The notes below the pieces were generated by a model, which ran no database searches, had not been told where the DNA came from, and worked only from the letters and a program-made list of their open reading frames with translations. This document shows, piece after piece, positions 1-11,204 of a stretch of DNA of 64,000 bases (position 1 is its first letter; each line of letters begins with the position of its first letter). The stretch is from an uncultured bacterium (GTDB lineage Bacteria; Zhuqueibacterota; QNDG01; DTFT01): positions 201,111 through 265,110 of the forward strand of contig CAVTNR010000008.1 in NCBI GenBank assembly GCA_963736115.1, in the 5' to 3' direction. The translations under genes were made by a program, and so were the position numbers.

Positions 1-975
1 CTCGTCGGTCACCATCTCCAGGGTCAGCTCGTCGTGATTGCGAAGGAAAACGGCCCACTGGCAATTGGAGGGGATGTCCGGCGTCTGATCCAGGATGTCC
101 ACGATGGGGAAACGATCCTCCATCTGCAGGCTCATGAAAACGCGCGGCATGATCGGAAAATGGAAGGCCATCTGACATTCGTCTCCGCAGCCGAAATAAG
201 CGGCGGCGTCCTCCGGCCACTGATTGGCTTCGGCCAGGAGCATTCGGTCCGGAAATCCGGAATCGATGTGTCGACGCAGTTTCTTCAGGAATTCATGCGT
301 CTCGGGCAGATTCTCGCAATTGGTCCCTTCCCGCTCGAACAGATACGGAACCGCATCCAGCCGCAGGCCGTCCACGCCCAGATCCAGCCAGAAATCCGCG
401 ATTCTGAGTATCTCCTCCTGAACGTCGGGATTCTCGAAATTCAGATCCGGCTGGTGGGAATAAAAACGGTGCCAGAAATAGGCCTTGGCCCGCTCATCCC
501 AGGTCCAGTTCGATTGCTCGAAGTCCCCGAAAATGACGCGGGCGTCGGGATAGCGTTCGGGAGTGTCGCTCCATACGTAGTAATCGCGGTGATTGGAATG
601 CGGCTGCGCCCGGCGTGCCCTCTGAAACCAGGGATGCTGATCGGACGTATGGTTGATGACCAGTTCCGTAATGACGCGGAGTCCGCGATGATGGGCTTCC
701 CTCAGGAATTCCCTGAAATCCTTCAGTGTTCCGTACTTGGGATGAACGTCGTAATAGTCCGATATATCATAACCGTCATCCTTTAGAGGGGAGGGATAAA
801 AGGGAAGCAGCCAGATCGCCGATACGCCCAGGTTTTTCAGGTAATCCAGTTTTCGGGTCAGACCCCTGAAATCGCCGATTCCGTCGCCCGAACTGTCAAG
901 AAAGGTTTTAATATGCAGCTGGTAAATGACGGCGTCTTTATACCAGAGCGGGTCGTGTTCAGGAGGTGTATTCAT
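1..975 (-). CDS. treS: Trehalose synthase / maltose alpha-D-glucosyltransferase (GH13), 5' part; runs off the window start
   Basis: Not in the ORF track. Manual translation of the minus strand from ATG at 975 gives [39 protein letters not shown]...LRLDAVPYL...[11 protein letters not shown]...[16 protein letters not shown], with the GH13/TreS motifs. The 34..786 + ORF is its antisense shadow. Confidence 0.93.
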   Translation of the reverse strand, partial: MNTPPEHDPLWYKDAVIYQLHIKTFLDSSGDGIGDFRGLTRKLDYLKNLGVSAIWLLPFYPSPLKDDGYDISDYYDVHPKYGTLKDFREFLREAHHRGLRVITELVINHTSDQHPWFQRARRAQPHSNHRDYYVWSDTPERYPDARVIFGDFEQSNWTWDERAKAYFWHRFYSHQPDLNFENPDVQEEILRIADFWLDLGVDGLRLDAVPYLFEREGTNCENLPETHEFLKKLRRHIDSGFPDRMLLAEANQWPEDAAAYFGCGDECQMAFHFPIMPRVFMSLQMEDRFPIVDILDQTPDIPSNCQWAVFLRNHDELTLEMVTDE

Positions 976-1604
976 TGAATACATCGCATATTTCCCCGGT
1001 TGTCACAATCGAAGTTCTGCTCGGGTGATGACACCGGACGTCGTTCCGAACGAATCCGGCGCTTCCGGTTTTACCCGGATCCGGATGAACCGGATGTGAC
1101 TGGCCATTCATGCATCCGTTCCGGCCTGATTTTCCGCTGACCCGGCTTGTCCGCAGGCAGGCACGACGAACGCGTCCGTGTGAAACGGGAGGCCGGACCG
1201 GGGCGGGTCCTGTTTCGCTGATCCGCTATGGCCGTGAGCCGGAACGGGCGTTTCCCGCTGCCCGCCAGGCGAAAGCGGGTATTCCGGGCCGGTTGGCATA
1301 TGGAGAGCGGCGGCCCATTCTGTCCGTCCCGGGCCAGACACCGCCCGGGTGTCCTTCCCATTGCGGCTCCGCGAAGGATCCCGAAATTTCCAGCATTGGG
1401 ATCGCTCCGCTTAAAACAATACGACATCCAGGTTATAAAATCAAGCGGGAAATGAAACTACCGGCTGGGCGGCCGTCCCCGGAGAGGGCGCGCCCGTATC
1501 GTCCGCCGTTGAACGACGGGGACCCATCCACGCGTACTTGAACGCGTCCCGGTTCAGCCGCAACCCGCCGGAACGCCGTGCTTTCAAAGGTTCGGCCGCG
1601 TTCC

Positions 1605-3677
1605 TCACCACTCCGTCCTCACCCCGACCACCACGTCCCTCCCAGGCCCGTCCCACCACGTCACGCCGGACAGCGGGTCGCGCACGCTCCGGTCCATGAC
1701 ATTCCGCACGCTGAGAGACACGCGAAGCGGCATGCCTGCCGTGAACCTGCCCCGGAAAACGGATCCGAAATACAGGTCCAGCAATACGGCGCCCCCGGTT
1801 TGGAGCTCATTCTCGGCCGCGTCCTTCCGGTCCGCGGACAGGCGGAGATCCGCGCCCGCGGTCCATTCGAACGGCGCGCCGTTCAGACGGACGGAAAGCG
1901 TCCCCCTGAGAGGCGGAACGCCGGGAAGGGGCGCATCTTCCGTTTCGTCCCGGCCTTCCACCGCGGATACGATCAGGCCGAAGCGGGCATGACCGGACGC
2001 GGCCCAGGATGCGCCGGCTTCCCCGCCGGTCAGGAGCGCGCGGCCCACGTTCGCGTAAGCGAATGTGTCCCTGGCCGCGGTGAGCGTCCGCAGAACAATG
2101 AGCCGGTCAATGCGGTTCCGGAAGAGAGAAAATTCTCCTTCAACGCGGTCCGACTTCCATTTTACGCCCGCGTCCAGATTCAGGCTCGTTTCGGAGCGGA
2201 GTTCCGGATTGCCGATCACGAATCCGGCCTGGCCCGATCCGCGGAAATACCGCTCCTGCGGATCCGGTGAACGGAACGCGCGGCCGACATTGGCGAACAG
2301 GCGGAGAGGTCCGGCCGGCCTGCAGAGAACACCGGCATTTCCGGACCAGTTCGACTCCGATTCCCTGCGGTCCGATTCGACGAAGGTGCCGGCCGTTCCC
2401 CCGGCCCGGCTCAGGAAAAGGTCGGTCCGGCCGCCGGCTTGCACTGATATAAAGCGTGAGGCTGCGAGCTCGGCGTTGACGAAAACCCCCGCTCCGGACT
2501 GCGTGAGACGGGGCAGGGGAGGCGTCCGGTCAGGGGGAGGATCCTTCAGCACGGCGCCGGACGCGTTGCGGAGCAGGAGATCCGCGATCCGTTCGGAGAC
2601 GACCCGGTGCGTGAATGCCTCCCCTCCGGCGATCACGTAATGCGGGCCCAGCACCCAGTCGGACTGGCCGCTGAAGCCCGCGGCCCTCAGGCGCCGTTCC
2701 GCGTTCTGGGTTTGTTCAACGAACGCCGGGCCCTTCGGTTTTCCGGAAATCAAAGCCTCAAAACTCCGGTATTCCTTCTGACCGTAGGTCCGGACGCGGA
2801 CGCCTTTCCACGCGCCCTTCGGCCGACGTATTTCGAATTCCGCGGTGAGTCGGTCGCGGTCATAGGCGTTGAAACCGGCCCGGGCCGCGTACCGGTCCGC
2901 GGGCACGCCGACCTTGTCCATCCGGTCCGTTTGGCCGCGGAACGTCAGGCGCACGCCCCGGCCCGGTTTCAGGACCGCTTCGGCCTGAAACGCGTTGCCC
3001 CGGAAAGCCGTATTGGCCAGCCTGCCCATGGGCGTCCGGAGATCCTCGGCTGTGCGGCGGGCCGCATTCACGGATAGAGAAGCTCTGCGGCCGTCCGCGG
3101 CCAGGGATGCCGTACCGTTCCACTGGCTGTTCGCGGACAGGTATTGGACGCCGGACCGGCCTGACACACCTGAGGGCCGCGGCCCGGGCGTCGGCGCCGG
3201 TCCTGTGATGAGGTTCACGACCCCGGCCACCGCGTCCGATCCGTACAGGACCGAGGCCGGACCCCGGATCACCTCGATCCGGACGATCTGGTCCGCGTCC
3301 ACGAGAAAGGGGTGCTCGCCGTACCCGCGCAGGATGTCGAGGCGGAGCCCGTCCACGAGCAGGAGCACGCGCGAACCGGAAAGGCCGCGTATCGACCACC
3401 GGCCCGTCCATGGGCCGACGGACTGCGTTGCGGCGCCGGGAAGGATCGCGGCCGCGTCCGACGCGGTCGCGACACCGTCCGACCACAGGCGGTCCGCGGG
3501 TATGGCGGACAGGGGCCGGTTCGTTTCCATGGCGTCCGACTCGCGCCGGTTCGCTGTGACAAAGACTTCCGGCATCCGGTAACGCACGGAATCGGGGGGA
3601 GGCACGGATGCGGTCTGGCCGGACAGGGACACAGCCGCGGTCAGGAAGAGAATGAGGGAATGCGTTCGGGCGGACAT
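1605..3677 (-). CDS. TonB-dependent outer-membrane receptor
   Basis: Signal peptide, TonB-box-like EVFVTA, plug motif RIEVIRGPASVLYGSDAVAGVVNLIT, NPELRSE motif, C-terminal aromatic residue (W). Confidence 0.92.
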   Translation of the reverse strand: MSARTHSLILFLTAAVSLSGQTASVPPPDSVRYRMPEVFVTANRRESDAMETNRPLSAIPADRLWSDGVATASDAAAILPGAATQSVGPWTGRWSIRGLSGSRVLLLVDGLRLDILRGYGEHPFLVDADQIVRIEVIRGPASVLYGSDAVAGVVNLITGPAPTPGPRPSGVSGRSGVQYLSANSQWNGTASLAADGRRASLSVNAARRTAEDLRTPMGRLANTAFRGNAFQAEAVLKPGRGVRLTFRGQTDRMDKVGVPADRYAARAGFNAYDRDRLTAEFEIRRPKGAWKGVRVRTYGQKEYRSFEALISGKPKGPAFVEQTQNAERRLRAAGFSGQSDWVLGPHYVIAGGEAFTHRVVSERIADLLLRNASGAVLKDPPPDRTPPLPRLTQSGAGVFVNAELAASRFISVQAGGRTDLFLSRAGGTAGTFVESDRRESESNWSGNAGVLCRPAGPLRLFANVGRAFRSPDPQERYFRGSGQAGFVIGNPELRSETSLNLDAGVKWKSDRVEGEFSLFRNRIDRLIVLRTLTAARDTFAYANVGRALLTGGEAGASWAASGHARFGLIVSAVEGRDETEDAPLPGVPPLRGTLSVRLNGAPFEWTAGADLRLSADRKDAAENELQTGGAVLLDLYFGSVFRGRFTAGMPLRVSLSVRNVMDRSVRDPLSGVTWWDGPGRDVVVGVRTEW

Positions 3678-3692
3678 GGTTTGGTATTCTCA

Positions 3693-3716
3693 GTAGCCCA
3701 CGGTTTTAACCGTGGG
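3693..3716 (+). repeat. GTAG-type REP-like palindrome
   Basis: GTAG-CCCACGG-TTTTAA-CCGTGGG in the intergenic gap. Confidence 0.55.
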
Positions 3717-3762
3717 CGGCTTCAGCCGGGGGAGGTTTTAACCGTAGGTCGTCCGTATCGGT

Positions 3763-4899
3763 TCACTCCGTCGGAATCGGGCGCAGCACAACGGTGAACG
3801 TGCTTCCCCGGTCCGGTTCGCTTTCGACGGAGACGTCCCCGCCGTACATCAGCGCGAGTTTCTTCACGATGGCGAGGCCGAGGCCGGAGCCCAGGATGCT
3901 CCGGGTTTTCTCGTTCTTGATGCGGACGAACTCCCGGAACAGCATGGCGGTCTCCTCCGGGGTCAACCCGATGCCGGTGTCCCGGACCGTCAGCCGGGCG
4001 GTTCCGTTCTCGTCCGAGAGAAGGATGTCCACGCGGCCGCCGTCGCGGTTGTATTTCACAGCGTTGGTGATCAGGTTGTTGAGGATCATCTCGATCTCGC
4101 CCGCGTCGCAGCGGAACCGGAATGCCGCGGGCGCTTCCACGGCGATCGTGACGCCTTTTTCCCCGGCCTGCGGCAAAACGGTTTCGACGGCGGTTCTCAG
4201 GACGGACGTCAGGTCCTGTTCGGCGGCCTCGCGGCGCTTCGCCCCCGATTCGATGCGGGTCAGATCGAGCAGGTCGTGGATGATCTTGCGCATGCCCGTG
4301 AGGCGGAGGAGGCTGCGGTTCAGGGGCTCGTCGTAGTCGGACAGCGAGTCGCCCAGGGTCCGGTCGCGGATCATGTGGAGATACCCTTCCACCGCGTTCA
4401 GGGGCGCCTTCAGTTCGTGCCCGAGCACGGAGATGAACTGGAACCGCACCTTGCGCTGTTCCCGGGCGAGCTTTTTCACCTGCCGCGCGAGGAGGAGGTT
4501 CTGCGCGGCCTTGGTCAGCGTTTTGCGGAGTTCGTCCGGCGTGAAGGGCTTGGCGAGAAAATCGAAGGCGCCGCCCTTGATCGCGCTCACCGCGGTTTCG
4601 AGCGACGCGTAGGCGGTGATCATCAGCGTGACCGATTCGGACAGTTCCGGCCGGAACCGTTCCAGTATCTCCAGCCCGGTGGTATCCGGCAGTTTGTAGT
4701 CGAGCAGGAGGACGTCGGGCGCCGCGGACCGTATCTTTTCCCCGGCCTCGGCGCCGCTCTCCGCGGTTTCCACTTCGAAACCGAACGTCTCGTCCATGTC
4801 GGGGATGCGGAACTCGAACCGGTCCAGCGCGCGGCGAATGCCCTCGCGCATGCCGAGTTCATCATCGACGACCAGCGTGCGGAGCCGCTCCACGGTCAC
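3763..4899 (-). CDS. Hybrid receiver-domain / histidine kinase
   Basis: N-terminal REC (LVVDDE...LLDYKLP...KPF), HisKA H-box GHELKAPL, HATPase N/G boxes (NAVKYN, DTGIG, GSGLGL). The GTG start at 4899 overlaps the upstream stop (GTGA). Confidence 0.9.
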   Translation of the reverse strand: MTVERLRTLVVDDELGMREGIRRALDRFEFRIPDMDETFGFEVETAESGAEAGEKIRSAAPDVLLLDYKLPDTTGLEILERFRPELSESVTLMITAYASLETAVSAIKGGAFDFLAKPFTPDELRKTLTKAAQNLLLARQVKKLAREQRKVRFQFISVLGHELKAPLNAVEGYLHMIRDRTLGDSLSDYDEPLNRSLLRLTGMRKIIHDLLDLTRIESGAKRREAAEQDLTSVLRTAVETVLPQAGEKGVTIAVEAPAAFRFRCDAGEIEMILNNLITNAVKYNRDGGRVDILLSDENGTARLTVRDTGIGLTPEETAMLFREFVRIKNEKTRSILGSGLGLAIVKKLALMYGGDVSVESEPDRGSTFTVVLRPIPTE

Positions 4900-5291
4900 T
4901 TCCCCCCGAGCAGGCGGCGCATCTCGCGCTCCAGCTGTTCGAAGCGGACGGGTTTCGAGAGCAGGGCGTCGGCCTTGACCCATGACCGTTCCTCGTCCGT
5001 GGCCGCGTCGAATTCCATGCCCGTTTCGGCCGTCACGGCCGTCACGAGGATGACCGGAATCGAGGGGTCGGTCTTCTTGATGTGGTACGAAAGCGCGAAC
5101 CCGCCGTCCGTGTGCTCCATCATGAGGTCCACGACGGCGAGGTCGGGTTTCAGTTCGCGGAGCTTCTCCTCGGCCTCCCGCTGGCCGCCCGCGGTGACCA
5201 CCCGGTACCCGGCCCGCTTCAGCATGGTTTCCATCTGAAACAGAAAGTCGGGATCGTCGTCCACCACGAGAATGGTCTGATTTTCAGTCAT
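4896..5291 (-). CDS. Single-domain response regulator (REC)
   Basis: ILVVDDDPD...VVDLMME...VTAV...KPV receiver motifs. Confidence 0.9.
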   Translation of the reverse strand: MTENQTILVVDDDPDFLFQMETMLKRAGYRVVTAGGQREAEEKLRELKPDLAVVDLMMEHTDGGFALSYHIKKTDPSIPVILVTAVTAETGMEFDAATDEERSWVKADALLSKPVRFEQLEREMRRLLGGK

Positions 5292-5342
5292 GCGGTTCCC
5301 TTCGTTATTCATGTCTTGCGCGGCCGGATCGGGCCGTGCCGA

Positions 5343-7403
5343 TCACGCGGCCGGGATGTTTTCGTCCGGCCGGGCCGCGATGGTGCGGTCCACGGATTCG
5401 GCCTCCGGGGCCCGCGCGGGCAGGTCGATCGTGAAGCTCGATCCCGTCGGCCCCTGCGACGGATCGGCGTTGGACTCCACCCGGATGTCGCCCCGGTGCA
5501 TCTTCACGATGCCGTAGGCGATGGCGAGCCCGAGCCCCGTGCCGCGTCCGATCTGGCGCGTCGTAAAGAACGGCTCGAAGATTTTCTTGAGGTTCTCCCG
5601 GGGAATGCCCACGCCGGTGTCGGACACCCGGAACCGGACGCGCTCGCCCGACCGCTCCGTCCCCACGGTCAGCACGCCGCCGGCGGGCATGGCGGCGGCC
5701 GCGTTGTGGACCAGATTGTTGAGCACCTGGAGAATCTGGTCCCGGTCCAGATCGGCGACGGGGTCGTCGCCCCGGTGCGCGATCTCCGCCCGCACGTTCT
5801 CGGGCAGACGCAGGGGTTTCAGGCATTCTTCGGCGAGCGTCCGGACGTCGACCGGTTTGAGAAAAACCTTGTTCTGGCGCGCGAAATGGAGCAGGCCGGA
5901 CACGATTTTCTTGGCCCGGTCCGCGTGGTCCACGATCATCTTCAGGTCGTCGGTCATCTGCGAGGGCCGGTCGGCCGCGTCCTTGAGCAGGTGCGCGTAC
6001 ATCAGCACCACGCCGAGCGGGTTGTTGACCTCGTGCGCGATGCCCGCGGCCAGCTGGCCCATGCTGGCCATTTTCTCCGACTGGATGAGCGCCTCGCGGG
6101 TCTCGTCGAGCCGCCGGTTGGAGACATTCAGCTCGCGGATGGTGCTGTGCAGCTGCTCGATGGAGTAGGGCAGGCACATTTCCTCCTCGGCGTGGCCGCG
6201 GATGATGGCGGCGGCGTGCTCGCGGCAGGTGTCGTACCCGCAGGCGCCGCAGTTCAGCTCGTCCTCCCTGCGGAACTTCCCGATCGACGCGAGCACCTCG
6301 CGGATTTTCTCCTCGGGAGGCGGGGACACGCGCTGGTCGAAGGGGATGAAGCGGCGGCCCAGGTGGATGTCCGCGAACCGTTCCATGGCGTCCTGCCAGG
6401 CGGCTTTATCGCGGCGGCCGATGATGTCGCGCGCGTAGCGGCCGATCCGGCTGCGGCGCCGGAACGGGGGCGCCTCGGTCGTCATGCCCGGCCCCATGAT
6501 GCAGCCGTCGCAGCAGAGCACGTCGAGAAACCGGGCCTCCACGTCACCGGCCGAGAATTCCATCACCGCGTCGATGAAGATGGCCTTTCCGTTGGCGGAG
6601 ACGACCTTGCCGTCGATCAAATCCTCCTCGATGCCGGCGGCCTCGAGGAGCCCGCGGCCGACCGGAAAGAGCGACCCCTTGCCCGCGTGGGGCGGGTTGA
6701 AATCGCGCGGCGTGACCCCGCCTGGGGTGACGCCGTGTCGCTCGAACATGCCCCGGAGCTCCGAGAAGGTCAGCACTTCGTCCACTTCGCCGTCGACTTC
6801 CTCGCTCTCGGCCTCGATTTTCTTCGAAATGCAGGGGCCGATGAAGATGATGCGGATATCCGGCCCGTGCATCTCGTGCAGTACCCGGGCCGTGGCGATC
6901 ATGGGGGAGACCACGGGCGCCAGGTCGTCGAGGAGCTCGGGGTGGTACCGCTTGACGTAGCCGAACACGGCCGGGCAGGCGGTGGAGATGTACCGCTCCA
7001 CGCCGGGCGCGTCCAGGAGCTCGCGCATGCGGCGCGCCACCAGGTCCGCCCCGAACCCGACCTCGTGGACGAAGGAGAACCCGAGGGCCCGGATCATGCC
7101 GACGAGCCGTGTGTGGGCCATGTCCGGGAACTCCGCCGCGAAGCTGGGCGCGACGATGGCCGCGACGAGGTCGTCCGATTCGAGCAGGCGTTCGATCTCG
7201 GGAATGTTGTTCCGGACCCGCTTGGCGTTCTGGCTGCAGACGCGCACGCAGTTGCCGCACCCGATACAGCTGTCGGGTATGACCTGGGCCTGCCCTCCGG
7301 CGATCCGGATCGCCTTGGCGGGGCATTCCCGCACGCAGGTGTAGCAGACCCGGCACCGGTCGTAGATCGTGCTGACGAGAGGTTCTGTCTTTCTCAGCGG
7401 CAA
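5343..7403 (-). CDS. Putative sensory (group C) [FeFe]-hydrogenase fused to a histidine kinase
   Basis: N-terminal 2x[4Fe-4S] motifs (CRVCYTCVRECP, CIGCGNCVRVC); divergent H-cluster motifs ISTACP, GPCISKKIE, VLCCDGCIMGPG; FeS domain NCGACGYDTC; coiled coil; HisKA AHEVNNPL; HATPase. Confidence 0.88.
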   Translation of the reverse strand: MPLRKTEPLVSTIYDRCRVCYTCVRECPAKAIRIAGGQAQVIPDSCIGCGNCVRVCSQNAKRVRNNIPEIERLLESDDLVAAIVAPSFAAEFPDMAHTRLVGMIRALGFSFVHEVGFGADLVARRMRELLDAPGVERYISTACPAVFGYVKRYHPELLDDLAPVVSPMIATARVLHEMHGPDIRIIFIGPCISKKIEAESEEVDGEVDEVLTFSELRGMFERHGVTPGGVTPRDFNPPHAGKGSLFPVGRGLLEAAGIEEDLIDGKVVSANGKAIFIDAVMEFSAGDVEARFLDVLCCDGCIMGPGMTTEAPPFRRRSRIGRYARDIIGRRDKAAWQDAMERFADIHLGRRFIPFDQRVSPPPEEKIREVLASIGKFRREDELNCGACGYDTCREHAAAIIRGHAEEEMCLPYSIEQLHSTIRELNVSNRRLDETREALIQSEKMASMGQLAAGIAHEVNNPLGVVLMYAHLLKDAADRPSQMTDDLKMIVDHADRAKKIVSGLLHFARQNKVFLKPVDVRTLAEECLKPLRLPENVRAEIAHRGDDPVADLDRDQILQVLNNLVHNAAAAMPAGGVLTVGTERSGERVRFRVSDTGVGIPRENLKKIFEPFFTTRQIGRGTGLGLAIAYGIVKMHRGDIRVESNADPSQGPTGSSFTIDLPARAPEAESVDRTIAARPDENIPAA

Positions 7404-7458
7404 ATCCGTTCACCCTTTCCCCGGGCCGGCCGGATCCGGACGAGCGGCCGGCGGCGGG

Positions 7459-9182
7459 TCATTGCAGGACGTCCCGATCGTGGTAATGCGTGTGCAGCAG
7501 GCGGTGGCTCTTCTCGCCGAGGGGCTCGCCCAGGAATTCCTTGTACAGCCGGACGACGGAGGGGTTCCCGTGCGAGGTCCGGACGCGGGACGTTTCGTCG
7601 ATCTCGTACAGGGCCTTCATCCGGGCCCGGACGGCCGCCAGGTTGGCGCTCAGCGGCTGGCCGCCGCCCGCGATGCATCCCCCGGGGCAGGTCATGACCT
7701 CGATGAAGTGCAGGTCGTTCCGGCCGGTTTTGATCTCCTCGAGAAGGCGCCGCGCGTTGCCGAGGCCGGAGACCACGGCGAACCCCATGCGGATGCCGCC
7801 GACCTCGAGGTGGACCTGCTTGATCCCGTCCAGCCCGCGGAGCTCCTGGATTTTCGGCCGGTCGAGTTCCTTCCCGGTCAGGAGGAAATGGGCCGTCCGG
7901 ATGGCGGCCTCCATCACGCCGCCCGACACGCCGAAGAGCTTGCCCGCGCTGCTGCGTTCGCCGAAGGGCGAGTCGTCGGGCTCGGGCTCCAGGGCCTTCA
8001 GGTCGAGGCCGCGCATGCGGATCACGCGCGACAGTTCGCGCGTGGTCAGCACGGCGTCGACGTCTGCGACCTCGCCGCCGGTCATTTCGGAGCGCTCGCA
8101 CTCGAATTTCTTGGCGGTGCAGGGCATGACGGACACGCTGAAGATGTCTTCGGGCGACGCGCCTTCGCGTTCGGCGAAAGCGCTCTTGATCAGCGCGCCC
8201 ATCATCTGCTGGGGGCTCTTGCACGAGGAGAGGTTCTCCAGGAACTCCGGATAGAACTGCTCCACGAACTTGATCCATCCGGGCGAACAGCTGGTGAACA
8301 TGGGCAGGCGGCCGCCCGTCTGGACGCGCCGGATGAATTCCGCGGCCTCCTCCATGATGGTCAGGTCGGCCGAGAACGAGGTGTCGAAAACGCGGTCGAA
8401 CCCGAGCCGGCGGAACGCGGCGGCCATGATGCCCATCACGTCCGCGCCGGGCTTGAGGCCGAATTCCTCGCCGAGGGTGACCGATACGGCCGGCGCGTGC
8501 TGGACCACCACGAGCTTCTTCGGGTTCTGGATGGCGCTGATGACGCGCTTCAGGGCGCTCTGCTCCCGGAGGGCCCCGGTCGGGCAGACGACGACGCACT
8601 GACCGCAGTTGACGCAGCTCGAGACGTTCATGCCCTCGTCGAACGCCGTGCCCCACGACCGTTTTGCTGCCCCGGCCGATGAAGTCGATGGCCGACACGC
8701 CCTGCACCTCCTCGCAGACGCGGACGCACTTGCCGCAGAGGATGCACTTGTCCGGGTCGCGCTCGATGGCCGGGCTCGAGATGTCCATCTTGTGCTGGGA
8801 CTTGGCGCCCTGAAACCGGCGCTGTCGCACGCCCAGCTCCTGGGCCAGGTCCTGCAGGTCGCAGTTCCCCGTTGCGCACGCAGTAGAGGCAGTCGTCCGG
8901 ATGGTTGGCGAGCAGCAGTTCGATGATGGTCTTGCGCGAGCGGACCGCCTTGGGCGAATGGGTCCGGATCTTCTGGCCCGCCTGAACGGGGTACGCGCAG
9001 GAGGGGACCAGCCCCGGGACGCCGTCGATTTCGACGACGCACATGCGGCAGGCGCCGCTGGGGAAGAGCCCCTCCAGGTGGCAGAGCGTGGGCACCTTGA
9101 TGCCTTCGCGCTTGAGCGCCGTGAGGAGGGTCTCGCCTTCGTTGGCCTGGATCGGCCGGTTGTTGACTTCGATCTGTATCAC
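7459..9182 (-). CDS. hydA: [FeFe]-hydrogenase catalytic subunit, NADH-dependent/bifurcating group A3 type (two apparent frameshifts near 8865 and 8655)
   Basis: Joining three frames gives [13 protein letters not shown]...PTLCH...GACRMC...CLYC..., [25 protein letters not shown], and H-cluster motifs [36 protein letters not shown]. Confidence 0.9.
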
Positions 9183-9207
9183 GCGTTGGCTCCGTGTTCT
9201 GAGTTTT

Positions 9208-11204
9208 TCATTGCGCCGAGACCGCCCCGAACCTGCAGACCGTGACGCAGTTGCCGCATCCCACGCACTTGTCGGGGATGATGTAATGGGGCGTCTTGGG
9301 ATTGCCCAGGATGGCCTCGGCCGGGCAGTTCTTCGCGCACAGCGTGCATCCCGTGCATTTTTCCTTCTCGATCGTGTAGCTGCAGCAGCTCCGTGCACGC
9401 GCCCGCCGGACAGCGGCGCTCGTAGATGTGGGCCTCGTATTCGTCCTTGAACCAGCGCAGGGTCGAGAGCACCGGGTTCGGCGCCGACCGGCCGAGCCCG
9501 CACAGGCTCGTGTCGCGGATGACGCCGGCGAGCCGGTTCAGGTACATGACGCCCTGGAACCGCTCGAGCGCGTCGTTCTCCGTCTCGTTCGCCCGGCTCC
9601 GGGTGATCCGCTGGAGAATTTCCAGCATCCGGCGCGTGCCCTCGCGGCAGGGGATGCATTTGCCGCAGCTCTCCCGCTGGATGAAATCCATGAAGAACTT
9701 GGCCAGGTCGACCATGCAGGTGTCCTCGTCCATGACCACGAGGCCGCCCGATCCCATCATGGCGCCGACCCGGATCAGCGATTCGTAGTCGATGGCGATG
9801 TCCAGGTTCTGCTCGGAGATGCACCCGCCCGACGGACCGCCGATCTGCACGGCCTTGAATTTCTTGCCGTTCGGAATGCCGCCCCCGATGTCCTCGACGA
9901 TGCTGCGGAGCGTGACCCCCATGGCGACCTCGACGAGTCCGGTCCGCGCAATCTTGCCGGAAAGGGCGAAGACCTTGGTCCCCTTGCTGGTTTCCGTGCC
10001 CACCGAGGCGAACGCCTCGGCGCCGAGGGTGATGACGTCGGGCACGTTGGCGAGGGTTTCGACGTTGTTGATCACCGTGGGCTTGCCGAACAAACCGCTG
10101 GTCGTCGGGAAAGGGCGGCCGGGGCCGCGGCATTCCGCGCTTGCCCTCGATGGAGTGGATGAGGGCCGTCTCCTCGCCGCACACGAAGGCGCCGGCGCCC
10201 TTCTTGATGAGCACCTCGATCTTGAACCCGCTGTCCAGCACGTTGCCGCCGAGCAGGCCGTAGCGGCGCGCCTCGGAGATGGCGTGCTCCAGACGGCGGA
10301 TCGCCAGGGGGTATTCGGCGCGGATGTAGACATAGGCCTTGGTGGCGCCGATGGCGTAGGACGCGATCGCCAGTCCCTCCAGGAGCCGGTACGGGTCGCC
10401 CTCGATCACGGCCCGGTCCATGAAGGCGCCCGGATCGCCCTCGTCCGCGTTGCAGATGAAGTACTTCTGGTCCGCGGCCTGGTCCAGCGCCAGTTTCCAT
10501 TTCATGCCCGTGGAGAATCCGCCCCCGCCCCGGCCGCGGAGCCCGCTGTGATGGACGATCTCGCACACCTCGCGGGGCGTCCGGTCGTGGAGGATCGACG
10601 CCAGGGCGCGGTATCCGCCCGCGGCGATGTACGCCTCGAGGCTCGAGGGATCGAGCACGCCGCAGTTGGCCAGCACGCGGCGCGTCTGGGGCGCGAAAAA
10701 GGGGTGTTCGTCGAGAAAGGCAACGCCTTCCCACGGCTGAAGAGAAGCATGCCGGTGCTGGCCGATGCGGCCCCCGGCCGGCGCCGTTCCACCGAACACC
10801 GCGGACAGGATGGATTCGACTTTATCCTCAGTGGCTTTTCCGAAGGATAGCCGGCAGCGGCCGGGCATCTGGATGTCGACGATGGGCTCTTCGACGCACA
10901 GGCCGATGCAGCCCACCTCCACCACGTCGGCCTTTTGGCCTGCGGCCTCAATCCACGCGCGGATGCGGGCGAGCGTCTTGCCGGCGCCCGCGCCGAGTCC
11001 GCAGGTTCCGGTGCCGACAAAGATCATGGGAATGTCCAGGGCGTTCCGGGAGGCGGCGGCCCCGCGGCCGCGGCGGAATTCCACGCAGGCCGGGTCTTCG
11101 TGGCAGGCCTTGTCGTCCTGCAGGCAGGCGATGAGGTCGGGGCACGGCTTCACGGCCTCGTGGGTGCAGCGGTCGCAGCATTTCCAGGGATCAGTTTGCG
11201 GCAT
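9208..11204 (-). CDS. hydB: NuoF-like NADH/FMN-binding hydrogenase subunit with N-terminal thioredoxin-like 2Fe-2S and C-terminal 2x4Fe-4S (frameshifts near 10110 and 9380)
   Basis: [64 protein letters not shown]-terminal [12 protein letters not shown] and [11 protein letters not shown], spread across three frames. Confidence 0.9.

Noticed and set aside
34-786. 250-aa + strand ORF
   Set aside because: Antisense shadow of treS, which shows clear GH13 motifs on the minus strand.
976-1604. Riboswitch or small gene between treS and the TonB receptor
   Set aside because: GC-rich hairpins are present but I recognise no aptamer consensus, and the ORFs lack protein-like composition.
5082-7697. 871-aa + strand ORF and many other long overlapping ORFs (e.g. 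15881..17425, 30738..32291, 38687..40402)
   Set aside because: Antisense or alternate-frame shadows of well-supported genes, expected in high-GC DNA.
8275-8295. HydA motif TSCSPGW instead of TSCCPGW as a sign of inactivity
   Set aside because: The TSCSP variant is, to my knowledge, common among multimeric NADH-dependent [FeFe]-hydrogenases; the other H-cluster motifs are intact.
8628-11204. Apparent HydB-HydA fusion (858-aa ORF)
   Set aside because: Produced by frameshifts that cancel out; HydB has its own stop at 9208-9210 and HydA its own GTG at 9182.
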